From: an uncultured Gemmatimonadaceae bacterium
Lineage (GTDB): Bacteria > Gemmatimonadota > Gemmatimonadetes > Gemmatimonadales > Gemmatimonadaceae
Length of the DNA stretch: 64,000 nucleotides
Direction of reading: 5' to 3'
NCBI GenBank assembly: GCA_963781765.1
Contig: CAWAHC010000005.1
Location: 486,929-550,928 of the forward strand
Shown here: in pieces, positions 1-8,439 of the stretch
Layout: each line of letters opens with the position of its first letter
How positions within the stretch are numbered: the first letter of the stretch is position 1
Translations under genes and position numbers: made by a program
Notes under the pieces: model-generated
The model's database searches: none
Told to the model about the DNA's origin: nothing
The model's input: the letters and a program-made list of their open reading frames with translations, nothing else

Positions 1-706
1 AACGCGCCGACGACGTAAAGGGGGCGAGGATCTCCTCGCGACTTCCGCCGGACACGTTGCGGTACAAGCCGTAGAGTCCCGGAAATGACGCCGAGGTGTC
101 GAAGGAGTAGGTGATCTTCTGCCAGAGAAAGACCGGATCGTAGGCTGCGACCCCCACCGCCAGCGGCGTGAGATCGACCACCTGGCCGGATCGCCCGTTG
201 ATGTGGAGTGTGGAGATGTTGGCCTTGCTGCTCGCGATGCACAGGTCCTGGTCGGTCGACGACTGGACGTTGTTCGCCCCCTGGGGGAGGGGAGGCGTCA
301 CGATGGTGAAGCGGCCGCTGGATGGGTTGCGCCAGGCGTACCCGCCGTACGTGGCGAGCTGCAGCGCACTGCTGTCTACCGGGAGGAGACTCACGACCGT
401 CGCCGTCAGCGAGTTGCCGCAGGCCATCCCGTAGGCGTAGGGAACGATCACCCGGATCGTCCGGCCGTCGCTCGACACCGAATCCACGCCCCCGGAGTCC
501 TGCACCATGCGGAGATCGGACAGCATGAGGTTCATGGAGTTCCGCGCCACGGCGCGCGCGTTGCGCGCTCCATACTCGCGGGTGAAGAAGCGGGACTGGG
601 CAAGGATCAGCCGCGTGAACGCGGCCCCGATGATCCCGATAATCACCATGGCAATGAGGACTTCCGTGAGCGTGAACCCGGCGCGGCGGATGCTCGTGCG
701 TTTCAT
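1..706 (-). CDS. prepilin-type N-terminal cleavage/methylation domain protein (PilW/GspJ-like minor pilin); 3' end lies outside the window
   Basis: Absent from the ORF track because no stop lies in the window. My reverse translation from ATG at 704-706 is open down to nt 2 with no stop. It begins MKRTSIRRAG/FTLTEVLIAMVIIGIIGAAF, showing Gly-1, Phe+1, Glu+5 and a hydrophobic helix. Third codon positions are G/C-rich. The start lies 2 nt after the stop of the upstream pilin gene. Confidence 0.75.
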   Translation of the reverse strand, partial: MKRTSIRRAGFTLTEVLIAMVIIGIIGAAFTRLILAQSRFFTREYGARNARAVARNSMNLMLSDLRMVQDSGGVDSVSSDGRTIRVIVPYAYGMACGNSLTATVVSLLPVDSSALQLATYGGYAWRNPSSGRFTIVTPPLPQGANNVQSSTDQDLCIASSKANISTLHINGRSGQVVDLTPLAVGVAAYDPVFLWQKITYSFDTSASFPGLYGLYRNVSGGSREEILAPFTSSAR

Positions 707-708
707 GA

Positions 709-1128
709 TCAACACCCTGAACAGAGAGCAGAACCAGACTTGTACGCGTGGTCGAACACCAGGGAGTCCGTCTTGGTCAAATCCGACATTGGCGCGATCA
801 CCACCTTCACGGTGATGCGATTGGTGCCCGGCGTGAGGGTGAGCGTTCGCCGGTACGACACACCGCCGACGGTGATCGTCGAGGTACCGCCGGCGAGTGA
901 ATCAAGCGTGGTGTAGGGAATGGCACCGAGGCGGGCTGCCTGTTGCTGCAACACGGCGGTGCGACGGGCCACGAGATCGTTGGTCCGGCCCGTACGAGCT
1001 ACCGTGAGGGAGAGTTGGGCAATCGTCACCAGCACGATGGCCAGCATGCTCATCGCAATCATGATCTCGATGAGCGACACGCCGGCCCTGGCGTGCCCGT
1101 GAGCAGGGCGTCGAGAAGAGCGCATCAT
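709..1128 (-). CDS. small prepilin-type N-terminal methylation domain protein (PilV/GspI-like minor pilin)
   Basis: Only the last 139 aa of track ORF 709..1698 are used. It starts MMRSSRRPAHGHARAG/VSLIEIMIAMSMLAIVLVTIAQL, with Glu at +5 and a hydrophobic helix. The ATG at 1128 overlaps the stop of the upstream gene (ATGATGA at 1123-1128). Confidence 0.7.
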   Translation of the reverse strand: MMRSSRRPAHGHARAGVSLIEIMIAMSMLAIVLVTIAQLSLTVARTGRTNDLVARRTAVLQQQAARLGAIPYTTLDSLAGGTSTITVGGVSYRRTLTLTPGTNRITVKVVIAPMSDLTKTDSLVFDHAYKSGSALCSGC

Positions 1129-1613
1129 TTGATCTGGACCAGTCCGCCACGCGTCATCCGCACCCGTTGCGAGTACGTGGTGCTGCCGAGCGTGGTCGAG
1201 AGCGTGATGGAGAGCGAGTCGCTGGCGAGGCCGGCCGGATAGACGTCCAACGACGTCCGCGAGAGCGAAACGTTGGACGAGGTCAGGTTGAAATTGCCCA
1301 GCGACGTTTTCCGGAACACGGTGCCTGACTCTGCGTCCGCGACACTCAGCTCCATGCTGCCAGCGTTGAACGAGATCGTGACTGGCTTGCGGCCGCGCTG
1401 GGCCAGGGAGAACGCGGTCTGCAGATCGCCGCTGAGGGCGATGGCGGCCCGGTTCAGGCGTTGCTGTGTGATGGTGGCGCTGATTCGTCCGATTGAGATC
1501 CCCAAGAGCAATCCGACGATCACGAGCACCACGATCATCTCGATGATCGTGAACCCGACGTGCGAGAACCGATCTCGACTTAGCGGTGACGGCGAACGCC
1601 GATAACGTGACAT
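1125..1613 (-). CDS. GspH/FimT-family pseudopilin (first gene of the minor-pilin-type operon)
   Basis: Track ORF 1125..1649 trimmed to Met13. Sequence MSRYRRSPSPLSRDRFSHVG/FTIIEMIVVLVIVGLLLG carries the prepilin signature. The remainder, a beta-rich ~130 aa, is typical of GspH/FimT-like proteins. Confidence 0.75.
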   Translation of the reverse strand: MSRYRRSPSPLSRDRFSHVGFTIIEMIVVLVIVGLLLGISIGRISATITQQRLNRAAIALSGDLQTAFSLAQRGRKPVTISFNAGSMELSVADAESGTVFRKTSLGNFNLTSSNVSLSRTSLDVYPAGLASDSLSITLSTTLGSTTYSQRVRMTRGGLVQIK

Positions 1614-1724
1614 ACAGCCCTCTATTGCAGGAATCGAACCACGCGCCAACTATGGCGTATCTGACTGTAGCAGAACCAATTACGACATGCTGTGACACTC
1701 ATTACCGGTGACGAACTACGCAAA

Positions 1725-1736
1725 AAGTTGCAACTT
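1725..1736. promoter_or_regulatory. 12-bp perfect palindrome AAGTTGCAACTT in the divergent pilin / beta-oxidation intergenic region (candidate operator)
   Basis: Read directly from the sequence. It sits in the lower-GC 280-nt gap between divergent starts at 1613 (-) and 1894 (+). Confidence 0.2.
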
Positions 1737-1893
1737 CCCGCCATCCTTTGCGAGGTCGCGCCGGGAGCGTTAGTCAGGAGATTTCCGAGTAAACAGCCGG
1801 ACACTTTCCCACTGCCCCAAGCAGCTCCAATGCGGTATTACTCGAATCCGGCGCGTGGCGGGCCGGCTACTGCACAATTCCGGAGGGGGCAGG

Positions 1894-4176
1894 ATGCGCA
1901 TTCGACGGCTTGGCGTCATTGGCGCCGGGACGATGGGCCATAGCATTGCCGCGCTCGCCGCGTCGGCTGGCATACCGGTAGATCTCCTCGACATCGCGGG
2001 GCCGGCCGACGACCCGAATGCGCCGGCCCGGCAGGGGCTCGAACGAGCCCGCAAGGCGAGGCCGGCCGCGTTCATGGATCCCGCGCGCGCGGCGCTCATC
2101 GAGGTCGGAAACACCACCGACGACCTCGGCGTGCTCGCGGAATGCGACCTCGTGGTCGAGGCGATCATCGAGCAGCTCGAGCCGAAGCGCGCCCTCTACG
2201 CCAGACTCGAGCATATCCTGCCCCCGCACACGATCATCGCCTCGAACACGTCGGGGATTCCCATGGCGTTGCTCACCGAGGGACGGACCGACGCCTTCAA
2301 GCAGCGCTTCCTCGGCATGCATTTCTTCAATCCCCCGCGCTACCTGCATCTTCTCGAGATCATTCCGACCGCGCACACGGCGGTCGAGTCCATCGGCGGC
2401 GCGCGCGCGTTCAGCGAACGGGTGCTGGGCAAGGGCATCGTCACCGCGCGCGACGTGCCAGGCTTCGTGGCCAACCGGCTGGGCGTGTTCGGCATGGTGC
2501 TGGCGCTTCGCATGATGGAGGAGTTCGACCTCACCATCGACGAGGTGGATGTGCTCACCGGGCCGCTGCTCGGCCGGGCCAAGTCGGCCACCTTCCGCAC
2601 CGCCGACCTCACCGGACTCGACGTGCTCTCGCACGTGGCGGCCGGGTTGGCGAAGGCCACCGGCGAGGACTTCGCGCTGCCGGAGTGGGTAGGGGCGATG
2701 GTGAAGAACGGCCAGTTGGGCGAGAAGAGTGGCGCCGGCTTCTACAAGAAGGTCGGGAAGGAAATTCAGACGCTGAACTGGAAGACCGGCGCGTACGCAC
2801 CGGTCGCCAAACCCCAATCGGCGGCGATCGGGAAGGCGCTCAAGCTGCCGCTCGGCGACCGGCTCAAGGCAGCGATCGCCCTCGACGGCGCCTACGGCAA
2901 GTTCGCGCAGGAGTATCTCACCCGCCTGTCGCGTTACGTCATCGAGACGGCGCCGAAGATCGCCTATCGCCTGCCCGACGTGGACCACGCCATGGAGTGG
3001 GGGTTCGCGTGGGAGGCCGGGCCGTTCAAACAGCTCGATCTGCTTGGCGACTCGCTGGCCGCCGCGGCCGCGCTACGACCGAACGCGATGCGCGACGGCT
3101 ACTACAGTGCGGACGACACTCGGGTGGCGTCGCTGGACTGGAAGGGATTCGAGCCCGTGCAGGAACCCGAGGGCCTCCTGCGCATCGGCACGCTCCGCCG
3201 CTCGGGCCGCGCGCTCGCCGAGTCGGCCGATGCGTCGCTCTGGCACGCGGGCGACGGCGTGGCGGTGCTCGAGTTCCACAGCAAGATGAACTCGCTGGGC
3301 GAAGGCGTCCTGACGATGCTGATGAAGGCGCTGGAGATCGTCGAACGCGACCGGCTCGCCGGCCTCGTGATCGGGAACGACGACCCGCGCACGTTCACCG
3401 CGGGCGCCGACCTCGGTATGGTGGCGTCGCTGGCACAGGCCGGCGACTGGAAGCGGCTGGAGGAGGCAGTCCTCCTCTTCCAGGGCTGCTCGATGTCGAT
3501 TCGCTCGGCGCCCTTCCCGGTGGTCGCGGCGCCGTTCGGGCTGACGCTCGGCGGCGGATGCGAGTGGTCGTTGCACGCCGACGCCATCCAGGCGCACGCG
3601 GAATTGTACATGGGCCTGGTGGAGGTGGGCGTGGGGCTACTGCCCGGAGGCGGCGGAACCAAGGAACTGCTCTTCCGGTTCGCCGGTGAGCTGGCGCCGT
3701 ACGAAGAGGCCGACCCCTTCGAGGCGCCGAAGCGCGCCTTCAAGCAGATCGCGATGGCCGCCGTGAGCACGAGCGCACTCGAAGCACGCAAGCTCGGATT
3801 CCTGCGCGACCGCGACCGGATCTCCATGAACCGCGATTTCCTGTTGGCCGATGCCAAGCGCCGCGTGCTCGACCTGGCTCCCGACTACGTGGCGCCGCCG
3901 CTGCGCACCATCGGGGCGGTGGGGAGCGCGGGCATGGGCAATCTTCACTACGCCGCGTGGGCCATGCACGAGGGGGGACAGGCCAGCGACCACGACGTGC
4001 GCATGGCGCTGGAGATTGCCCGAGTGCTCTGCGGCGGCGACGGGCCGGCCCGCACGGTGACCGAGGACGACGTACTCGACCTCGAGCGCGACGCCTTCCT
4101 GCGCCTACTCGGCACCAAGGAGACGCAGGAGCGCATCGCGCACATGCTCAAGACCGGCAAACCGCTCCGCAACTGA
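1894..4176 (+). CDS. 3-hydroxyacyl-CoA dehydrogenase / enoyl-CoA hydratase fusion protein (FadN/FadB-like)
   Basis: Track ORF 1855..4176 trimmed to the ATG at 1894, preceded by GGAGGGGG. The N-terminal Rossmann motif is RRLGVIGAGTMGHSIAALAA (3HCDH). The C-terminal half has a crotonase-like segment (VIGNDDPRTFTAGADL ... FGLTLGGGCEWSLHAD). Confidence 0.9.
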   Translation: MRIRRLGVIGAGTMGHSIAALAASAGIPVDLLDIAGPADDPNAPARQGLERARKARPAAFMDPARAALIEVGNTTDDLGVLAECDLVVEAIIEQLEPKRALYARLEHILPPHTIIASNTSGIPMALLTEGRTDAFKQRFLGMHFFNPPRYLHLLEIIPTAHTAVESIGGARAFSERVLGKGIVTARDVPGFVANRLGVFGMVLALRMMEEFDLTIDEVDVLTGPLLGRAKSATFRTADLTGLDVLSHVAAGLAKATGEDFALPEWVGAMVKNGQLGEKSGAGFYKKVGKEIQTLNWKTGAYAPVAKPQSAAIGKALKLPLGDRLKAAIALDGAYGKFAQEYLTRLSRYVIETAPKIAYRLPDVDHAMEWGFAWEAGPFKQLDLLGDSLAAAAALRPNAMRDGYYSADDTRVASLDWKGFEPVQEPEGLLRIGTLRRSGRALAESADASLWHAGDGVAVLEFHSKMNSLGEGVLTMLMKALEIVERDRLAGLVIGNDDPRTFTAGADLGMVASLAQAGDWKRLEEAVLLFQGCSMSIRSAPFPVVAAPFGLTLGGGCEWSLHADAIQAHAELYMGLVEVGVGLLPGGGGTKELLFRFAGELAPYEEADPFEAPKRAFKQIAMAAVSTSALEARKLGFLRDRDRISMNRDFLLADAKRRVLDLAPDYVAPPLRTIGAVGSAGMGNLHYAAWAMHEGGQASDHDVRMALEIARVLCGGDGPARTVTEDDVLDLERDAFLRLLGTKETQERIAHMLKTGKPLRN

Positions 4177-4188
4177 GAGGGATGACTC

Positions 4189-5298
4189 GTGACTGAAGTC
4201 GTGATCGTTTCCGCGGTGCGCAGCGCCGTGGGTCGTGGCAAGAAGGACGGCGCGCTAGCCGGCGTGCATCCCGTGGAACTCTCCTCGCGGCTCATGCGCG
4301 CCGCCGTCGACCGCGTGAGCGTGGACCCCGCCATCGTGGACGACGTGCTCTGGGGATGCGCGATGCCCGAGGCGGGACAGGGACTCAACGTGGCCCGGCT
4401 CTCGCTCCTGCGGGCGGGTTTCCCCGTGGAGGTGCCGGGCGCGACCATCAACCGCTTCTGCTCGTCGGGGCTGCAGACCATCGCCTTCGGCGCGCAGGAG
4501 ATCCTGAGCGGCATGGCCGACGTGGTGCTCGCCGGCGGCATCGAGATGATGAGCCAGGTGCCGATGTCGGGGTACCACGCGCGCCTCGACCCGAAGGCGG
4601 TGGAGAGCTACATCGGCATGGGATTCACCGCCGAACGTGTGGCGCAACGCTGGAAGGTGTCGCGCGAGGAGCAGGACGCCTGGGCCGTCGGCAGCCAGCA
4701 GAAGGCGGTGAAGGCGCTCGCCGACGGCGCCTTCCGCGAGCAGATCGTTCCCGTGCCAGTGACGCGTGCCGAATGGAAAGGGGCCAGAAAGACCGAGGAT
4801 ACGGTGGTCTTCGTGGAGGACGAGCTTCCGCGCCGCGACACGACCATGGAAGGGCTGGCCAAGCTGCGCCCCGCGTTCAAGCCGAATGGTACGGTGACCG
4901 CCGGCAACGCGAGTCCGTACTCCGATGGCGCCGCCGCGGTGCTGCTGATGAGCGCCGAACGCGCCAAGGCGTTGAAGCTCGAGCCGCTGGCGCGCTTCGT
5001 CACCTTCGCCGTGGCCGGCGTGGAGCCCGACGTGATGGGCATCGGACCGATCAAGGCGGTTCCCAAGGCGCTCGATCGCGCGGGGCTCAAGATCGGGGAT
5101 CTGTCGCTGATCGAATTCAACGAGGCGTTCGCGTCGCAGGTGGTGGCGGTGGTCCGCGAGTTGGGCATGGATCCCGCCAAGGTCAACGTGAACGGCGGCG
5201 CCATCGCGCTCGGTCACCCACTCGGCGCCACCGGTGCCAAGCTCACCACGCAGTTGATTCACGAACTCCGGGCGCGAGGGGGGGACACGGTCTGGTGA
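4189..5298 (+). CDS. acetyl-CoA C-acyltransferase (3-ketoacyl-CoA thiolase); reading frame broken near 5278-5284, and the conserved C-terminus continues in another frame to 5357
   Basis: GTG start follows GAGAGGGA. Thiolase motifs are present: INRFCSSGLQTIA (active-site Cys) and NVNGGAIALGHPLGATGA. The final conserved block GLVTMCIGGGMGAAGIFE lies in the frame of track ORF 4356..5357. Confidence 0.85.
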   Translation: MTEVVIVSAVRSAVGRGKKDGALAGVHPVELSSRLMRAAVDRVSVDPAIVDDVLWGCAMPEAGQGLNVARLSLLRAGFPVEVPGATINRFCSSGLQTIAFGAQEILSGMADVVLAGGIEMMSQVPMSGYHARLDPKAVESYIGMGFTAERVAQRWKVSREEQDAWAVGSQQKAVKALADGAFREQIVPVPVTRAEWKGARKTEDTVVFVEDELPRRDTTMEGLAKLRPAFKPNGTVTAGNASPYSDGAAAVLLMSAERAKALKLEPLARFVTFAVAGVEPDVMGIGPIKAVPKALDRAGLKIGDLSLIEFNEAFASQVVAVVRELGMDPAKVNVNGGAIALGHPLGATGAKLTTQLIHELRARGGDTVW

Positions 5299-5399
5299 CC
5301 ATGTGCATCGGTGGCGGGATGGGAGCCGCGGGGATCTTCGAGGTGCCGAAGGGGTAGGATTTCGACAGTCGGCATTCAGCAGTGAGCCGTTTCTACCCA

Positions 5400-5426
5400 G
5401 CCCCCGGTGATCGCCGGGGGCTTTTG
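5400..5426 (+). terminator. rho-independent terminator after the beta-oxidation pair
   Basis: Stem GCCCCCGG (5400-5407) pairs with CCGGGGGC (5414-5421). The loop is 6 nt and is followed by TTTT at 5422-5425. Confidence 0.7.
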
Positions 5427-5547
5427 GGTCCCCGATGGGGTTCAGATCACTGACATCCGTTCTCGCGGTTCGTCAGTATCCCAGTGGATCGTCCGTCACG
5501 CTCATCCGCCCTTCCCCTCGCGGCTAACTTCACTAGTGGAGGAGCCG

Positions 5548-6012
5548 ATGTATTCCAACGAAACGCCTGCCGGCCTCGCTGCCGGCGATCTGACGACGAA
5601 TACCCTGAAAGCCGCGCGGCAGGGCCTGCTGCGCGTTCACCGTCTGCTGCTCGAAATGGAGCGGGTGGAGTTGGAGCGTACGCGCGGCCGGCTCACCCCC
5701 AACGCATACCTCCAGGCTGTGCTGCACGAACCTTCGTTCGAGTGGCTGCGTCCCGCGTCCCAGTTGATCGTCCAGATCGACGAGGCCCTGGATTCGGCGG
5801 AACAGGAGGAGACGCCGGTGGCCAGCGAGGTCACCGCGTCACTGCTGGCGCAGATGCGCGGCCTGCTCACGCCGGTGCCGCCCCAGACGACGTTCGCCGC
5901 GCGCTACCTGGAGATGCTGCAGCGTCACCCCGATGTGGTGTTCGCCCATCGCGATGCGATGGCGGAGTTGCCCAAGGGGTTTCTGGGACCGCTGCCGACG
6001 CAGACGGCGTAG
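5548..6012 (+). CDS. hypothetical protein (154 aa, predicted helical, no recognisable family)
   Basis: Track ORF 5407..6012 trimmed to the ATG at 5548, which is directly preceded by GGAGGAG. Codon bias is consistent with coding. Confidence 0.6.
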   Translation: MYSNETPAGLAAGDLTTNTLKAARQGLLRVHRLLLEMERVELERTRGRLTPNAYLQAVLHEPSFEWLRPASQLIVQIDEALDSAEQEETPVASEVTASLLAQMRGLLTPVPPQTTFAARYLEMLQRHPDVVFAHRDAMAELPKGFLGPLPTQTA

Positions 6013-6023
6013 GGTGAAGCGGT

Positions 6024-6057
6024 GAGGCAGCGGGGCGGAGGGCCGCTTCGCTGCCTC
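6024..6057. terminator. GC-rich hairpin between convergent genes (possible bidirectional terminator)
   Basis: GAGGCAGCG (6024-6032) pairs with CGCTGCCTC (6049-6057), with an inner GCGG/CCGC pairing. There is no T tract. Confidence 0.35.
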
Positions 6058-6078
6058 GGCCGGTCAGGACGACGCGCC

Positions 6079-6699
6079 TCAATTCCTCACGTCCATCGAT
6101 CGCCATAGATACCAGCACGCCGCCGAGCTGTACGGGCTCCAGACCTTCCCAATGCGCTGGACGTCCTTCGGGGTCGCCCGGCGGCGCAGCCCGTATGCCT
6201 TCCGGATGCCGTTCTGAATCCCGAGATCCAACTCCGGGAGTACGTCGGGGCGGCCGAGCCGGAACATGAGGAACATCTGCGCAGTCCACCGGCCCACCCC
6301 CTTCACCTGCACCAGATGGTCGATGATCGCCTGATCGCTCATGTGACGAACGCGGGCGAGCGGCACGGCGCCGGTGTGCACCTTCTCGGCGAGATCGCGC
6401 AGGTAGCCGATCTTCTGCCGCGAGAGCCCCGCCGAGCGAAGCGCCTCATCGCCGAGCCCCAGCAACGGCTCGGGCTTCACGTGGCGGTGCGGGAAGAGCG
6501 CGCAGAACCGCCCGTGGATCGTGCCCGCCGCCTTCCCGGAGAGCTGCTGGAAGACGATGGCCCGCACGAGGTAGTGGAAGTGCGAGTTCCCGCGGCGGAT
6601 CTGCAGCCGGTAGGGCCCGACATGGCGGATGACGCCTGCCATCACGGGATCGACGCGGCGCAGGTGCGCGAGCGCCTCGCGCGCAGAGACACTGGTCAC
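6079..6699 (-). CDS. DNA-3-methyladenine glycosylase II family protein (AlkA-like, HhH-GPD)
   Basis: The HhH-GPD signature region is VKGVGRWTAQMFLMFRLGRPDVLPELDLGIQNGIRKAYGL. Confidence 0.85.
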   Translation of the reverse strand: MTSVSAREALAHLRRVDPVMAGVIRHVGPYRLQIRRGNSHFHYLVRAIVFQQLSGKAAGTIHGRFCALFPHRHVKPEPLLGLGDEALRSAGLSRQKIGYLRDLAEKVHTGAVPLARVRHMSDQAIIDHLVQVKGVGRWTAQMFLMFRLGRPDVLPELDLGIQNGIRKAYGLRRRATPKDVQRIGKVWSPYSSAACWYLWRSMDVRN

Positions 6700-6757
6700 G
6701 GGAGAGGGGTCGGGGTGTGCATGTGGGCCGGCGTCGGGCTGGTTCGGGTGGTCCGGG

Positions 6758-8098
6758 TCAGCGCAGCGCGTCGAGCGCGCTGGCCATCGCGTCCATGATC
6801 TCGTCGATCTGATCGGTGCTCACGATGAGCGGGGGCGAGAGCGCGATGGTGTCCCCCGCCATGCGCACCAGCACCCCGTGCTCGAAGCAGTGCAGGAACA
6901 CGTCGAGCGCCCGCGCCCCGGGCGCCCCGTCGCGCGACTGCAGTTCCACGGCGCCCACGAGGCCGATGTTCCGCACGTCGATCACGTGTGGTTTCTGATC
7001 CAATCGGTGTACGGCGTCCGCCCAGTACGACGACAGCTCGGCGGCGCGCGCGAACAGTCCTTCGCTCTCATACAGGTCGAGCGTGGCGAGTCCGGCGGCG
7101 CAGGCAAGCGGATGCCCGGAGTACGTGTACCCATGGAAGAGCTCGATGCCGCCCGGTGCGCCCTCCACAATGGCGTCGTGGATTTCGGTGCGGACAGCCA
7201 CGGCGCCCATCGGCACGGCGGCGTTCGTGATCCCCTTGGCCATGGCGATGATGTCCGGACGCACACCGAAGCACTGCGCGCCGAAGGGCGTCCCGAGACG
7301 GCCGAATCCGGTGATCACCTCGTCGAAGATCAGCAGGATGCCGTGCTGGTTGCAGATGTCGCGCAGCCGCTCCAGGTAGCCCGCGGGGGGAATCAGCACG
7401 CCGGTGGAGCCGGCCATCGGTTCGACGATCACGGCGGCGATGGCGTTGGCGCCACGCTTGGCGACGATCGTCTCCAACTCGTCGGCCAGCTCCGCGCCCC
7501 ACGCCGGCTGACCGCGACTGAAAGCGTTGTGCTCCAGGTCGTGCGTGTCGCGCAGGTGGTCCACGTTCGGCAGGAGCTGTCCCTCGAACTGGCGACGGTT
7601 GGCTTCGATGCCGCCCACCGAAGTGCCACCGAACCCCACCCCGTGGTAGCCGCGCCGCCGGCCGATGAAACGAATACGCTCGGGCTCTCCCCGGGCCTTC
7701 CAGTAGGCGAGGGCGATCTTGAGCGCCGTGTCCACGGCTTCCGATCCGGAGTTGGTGAAGAAGACGCGGTCCAGATCGTCTGGCGTGAGCGCGGCCACAC
7801 GCGTGGCCAACTCGAAGGCGAGCGGGTGTCCCATCTGGAATCCGGGCGCATAGTCGAGCGTCGCGGCCTGCTCGGCGATGGCGTGGACGATCGGTTCGCG
7901 GGCATGGCCCGCGTTGACGCACCAGAGACCGGCCGTCCCGTCGAGCACCCGCCGGCCGTCGGCCGTCACATAGTGCATGTCCTTGGCGGACACGAGCATT
8001 CGGGGCGCGCGCTTGAAGGCCCGGTTGGCGGTGAACGGCATCCACTGCTCGTCCAGAGAGACGGGTGCGGAAACGTCGGCGGAGGTACGAGAGGTCAT
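6758..8098 (-). CDS. class-III (omega-amino acid / beta-alanine:pyruvate type) aminotransferase
   Basis: Track ORF 6758..8266 trimmed to the ATG at 8098 (MTSRTSADV...). Family motifs are LWCVNAGH, FTNSGSEAVDTALK, LIFDEVITGFGRLG and AKGITNAAVPMGA (PLP lysine). Confidence 0.9.
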   Translation of the reverse strand: MTSRTSADVSAPVSLDEQWMPFTANRAFKRAPRMLVSAKDMHYVTADGRRVLDGTAGLWCVNAGHAREPIVHAIAEQAATLDYAPGFQMGHPLAFELATRVAALTPDDLDRVFFTNSGSEAVDTALKIALAYWKARGEPERIRFIGRRRGYHGVGFGGTSVGGIEANRRQFEGQLLPNVDHLRDTHDLEHNAFSRGQPAWGAELADELETIVAKRGANAIAAVIVEPMAGSTGVLIPPAGYLERLRDICNQHGILLIFDEVITGFGRLGTPFGAQCFGVRPDIIAMAKGITNAAVPMGAVAVRTEIHDAIVEGAPGGIELFHGYTYSGHPLACAAGLATLDLYESEGLFARAAELSSYWADAVHRLDQKPHVIDVRNIGLVGAVELQSRDGAPGARALDVFLHCFEHGVLVRMAGDTIALSPPLIVSTDQIDEIMDAMASALDALR

Positions 8099-8190
8099 TG
8101 GAGCGTTCCGGCGGATCGTTGATGCGGGAATCGTGACGGCCAGGGGCCGTCGCAGGTTAGTTTGCCTGAGCCCACTACGTACGAGCGAAT

Positions 8191-8430
8191 ATGAGCCGGG
8201 AATCTTCAGAGGGCGAGCAGGTGGCGCGGAAGGAAGGCGCGGACGACGAGCGCGCGGTCCGGGCACGCCTGGAGAAGATCCAGCGCGACAAGCGGTCGCG
8301 GGTGCGCTGGCAACTCTCGCGGCACACGGCGGAGCAGGCGATGGTGGCGATCAACGACGTGGCGCCGCGGGGCCAGTACCGACGCTCGTCAAAGTCCCGC
8401 CGCCGGAAGCGTCACAAGCGGCTGCTCTGA
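8191..8430 (+). CDS. small highly basic hypothetical protein (79 aa)
   Basis: This is the only ORF in a 340-nt gap between two minus-strand genes. Roughly nine in ten third codon positions are G/C by my count. The C-terminus is RRSSKSRRRKRHKRLL. I see no clear ribosome-binding site. Confidence 0.4.
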   Translation: MSRESSEGEQVARKEGADDERAVRARLEKIQRDKRSRVRWQLSRHTAEQAMVAINDVAPRGQYRRSSKSRRRKRHKRLL

Positions 8431-8439
8431 CGTTCGGGG

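Noticed and set aside
1621-1700. tRNA-like T-loop string (GGTTCGATTCC on the minus strand, plus-strand GGAATCGAACC at 1631-1641)
   Set aside because: The flanking bases do not form a T stem (CGTGG versus CCTGC). I could fold no acceptor, D or anticodon arms. It is most likely a chance match in the pilin operon leader.
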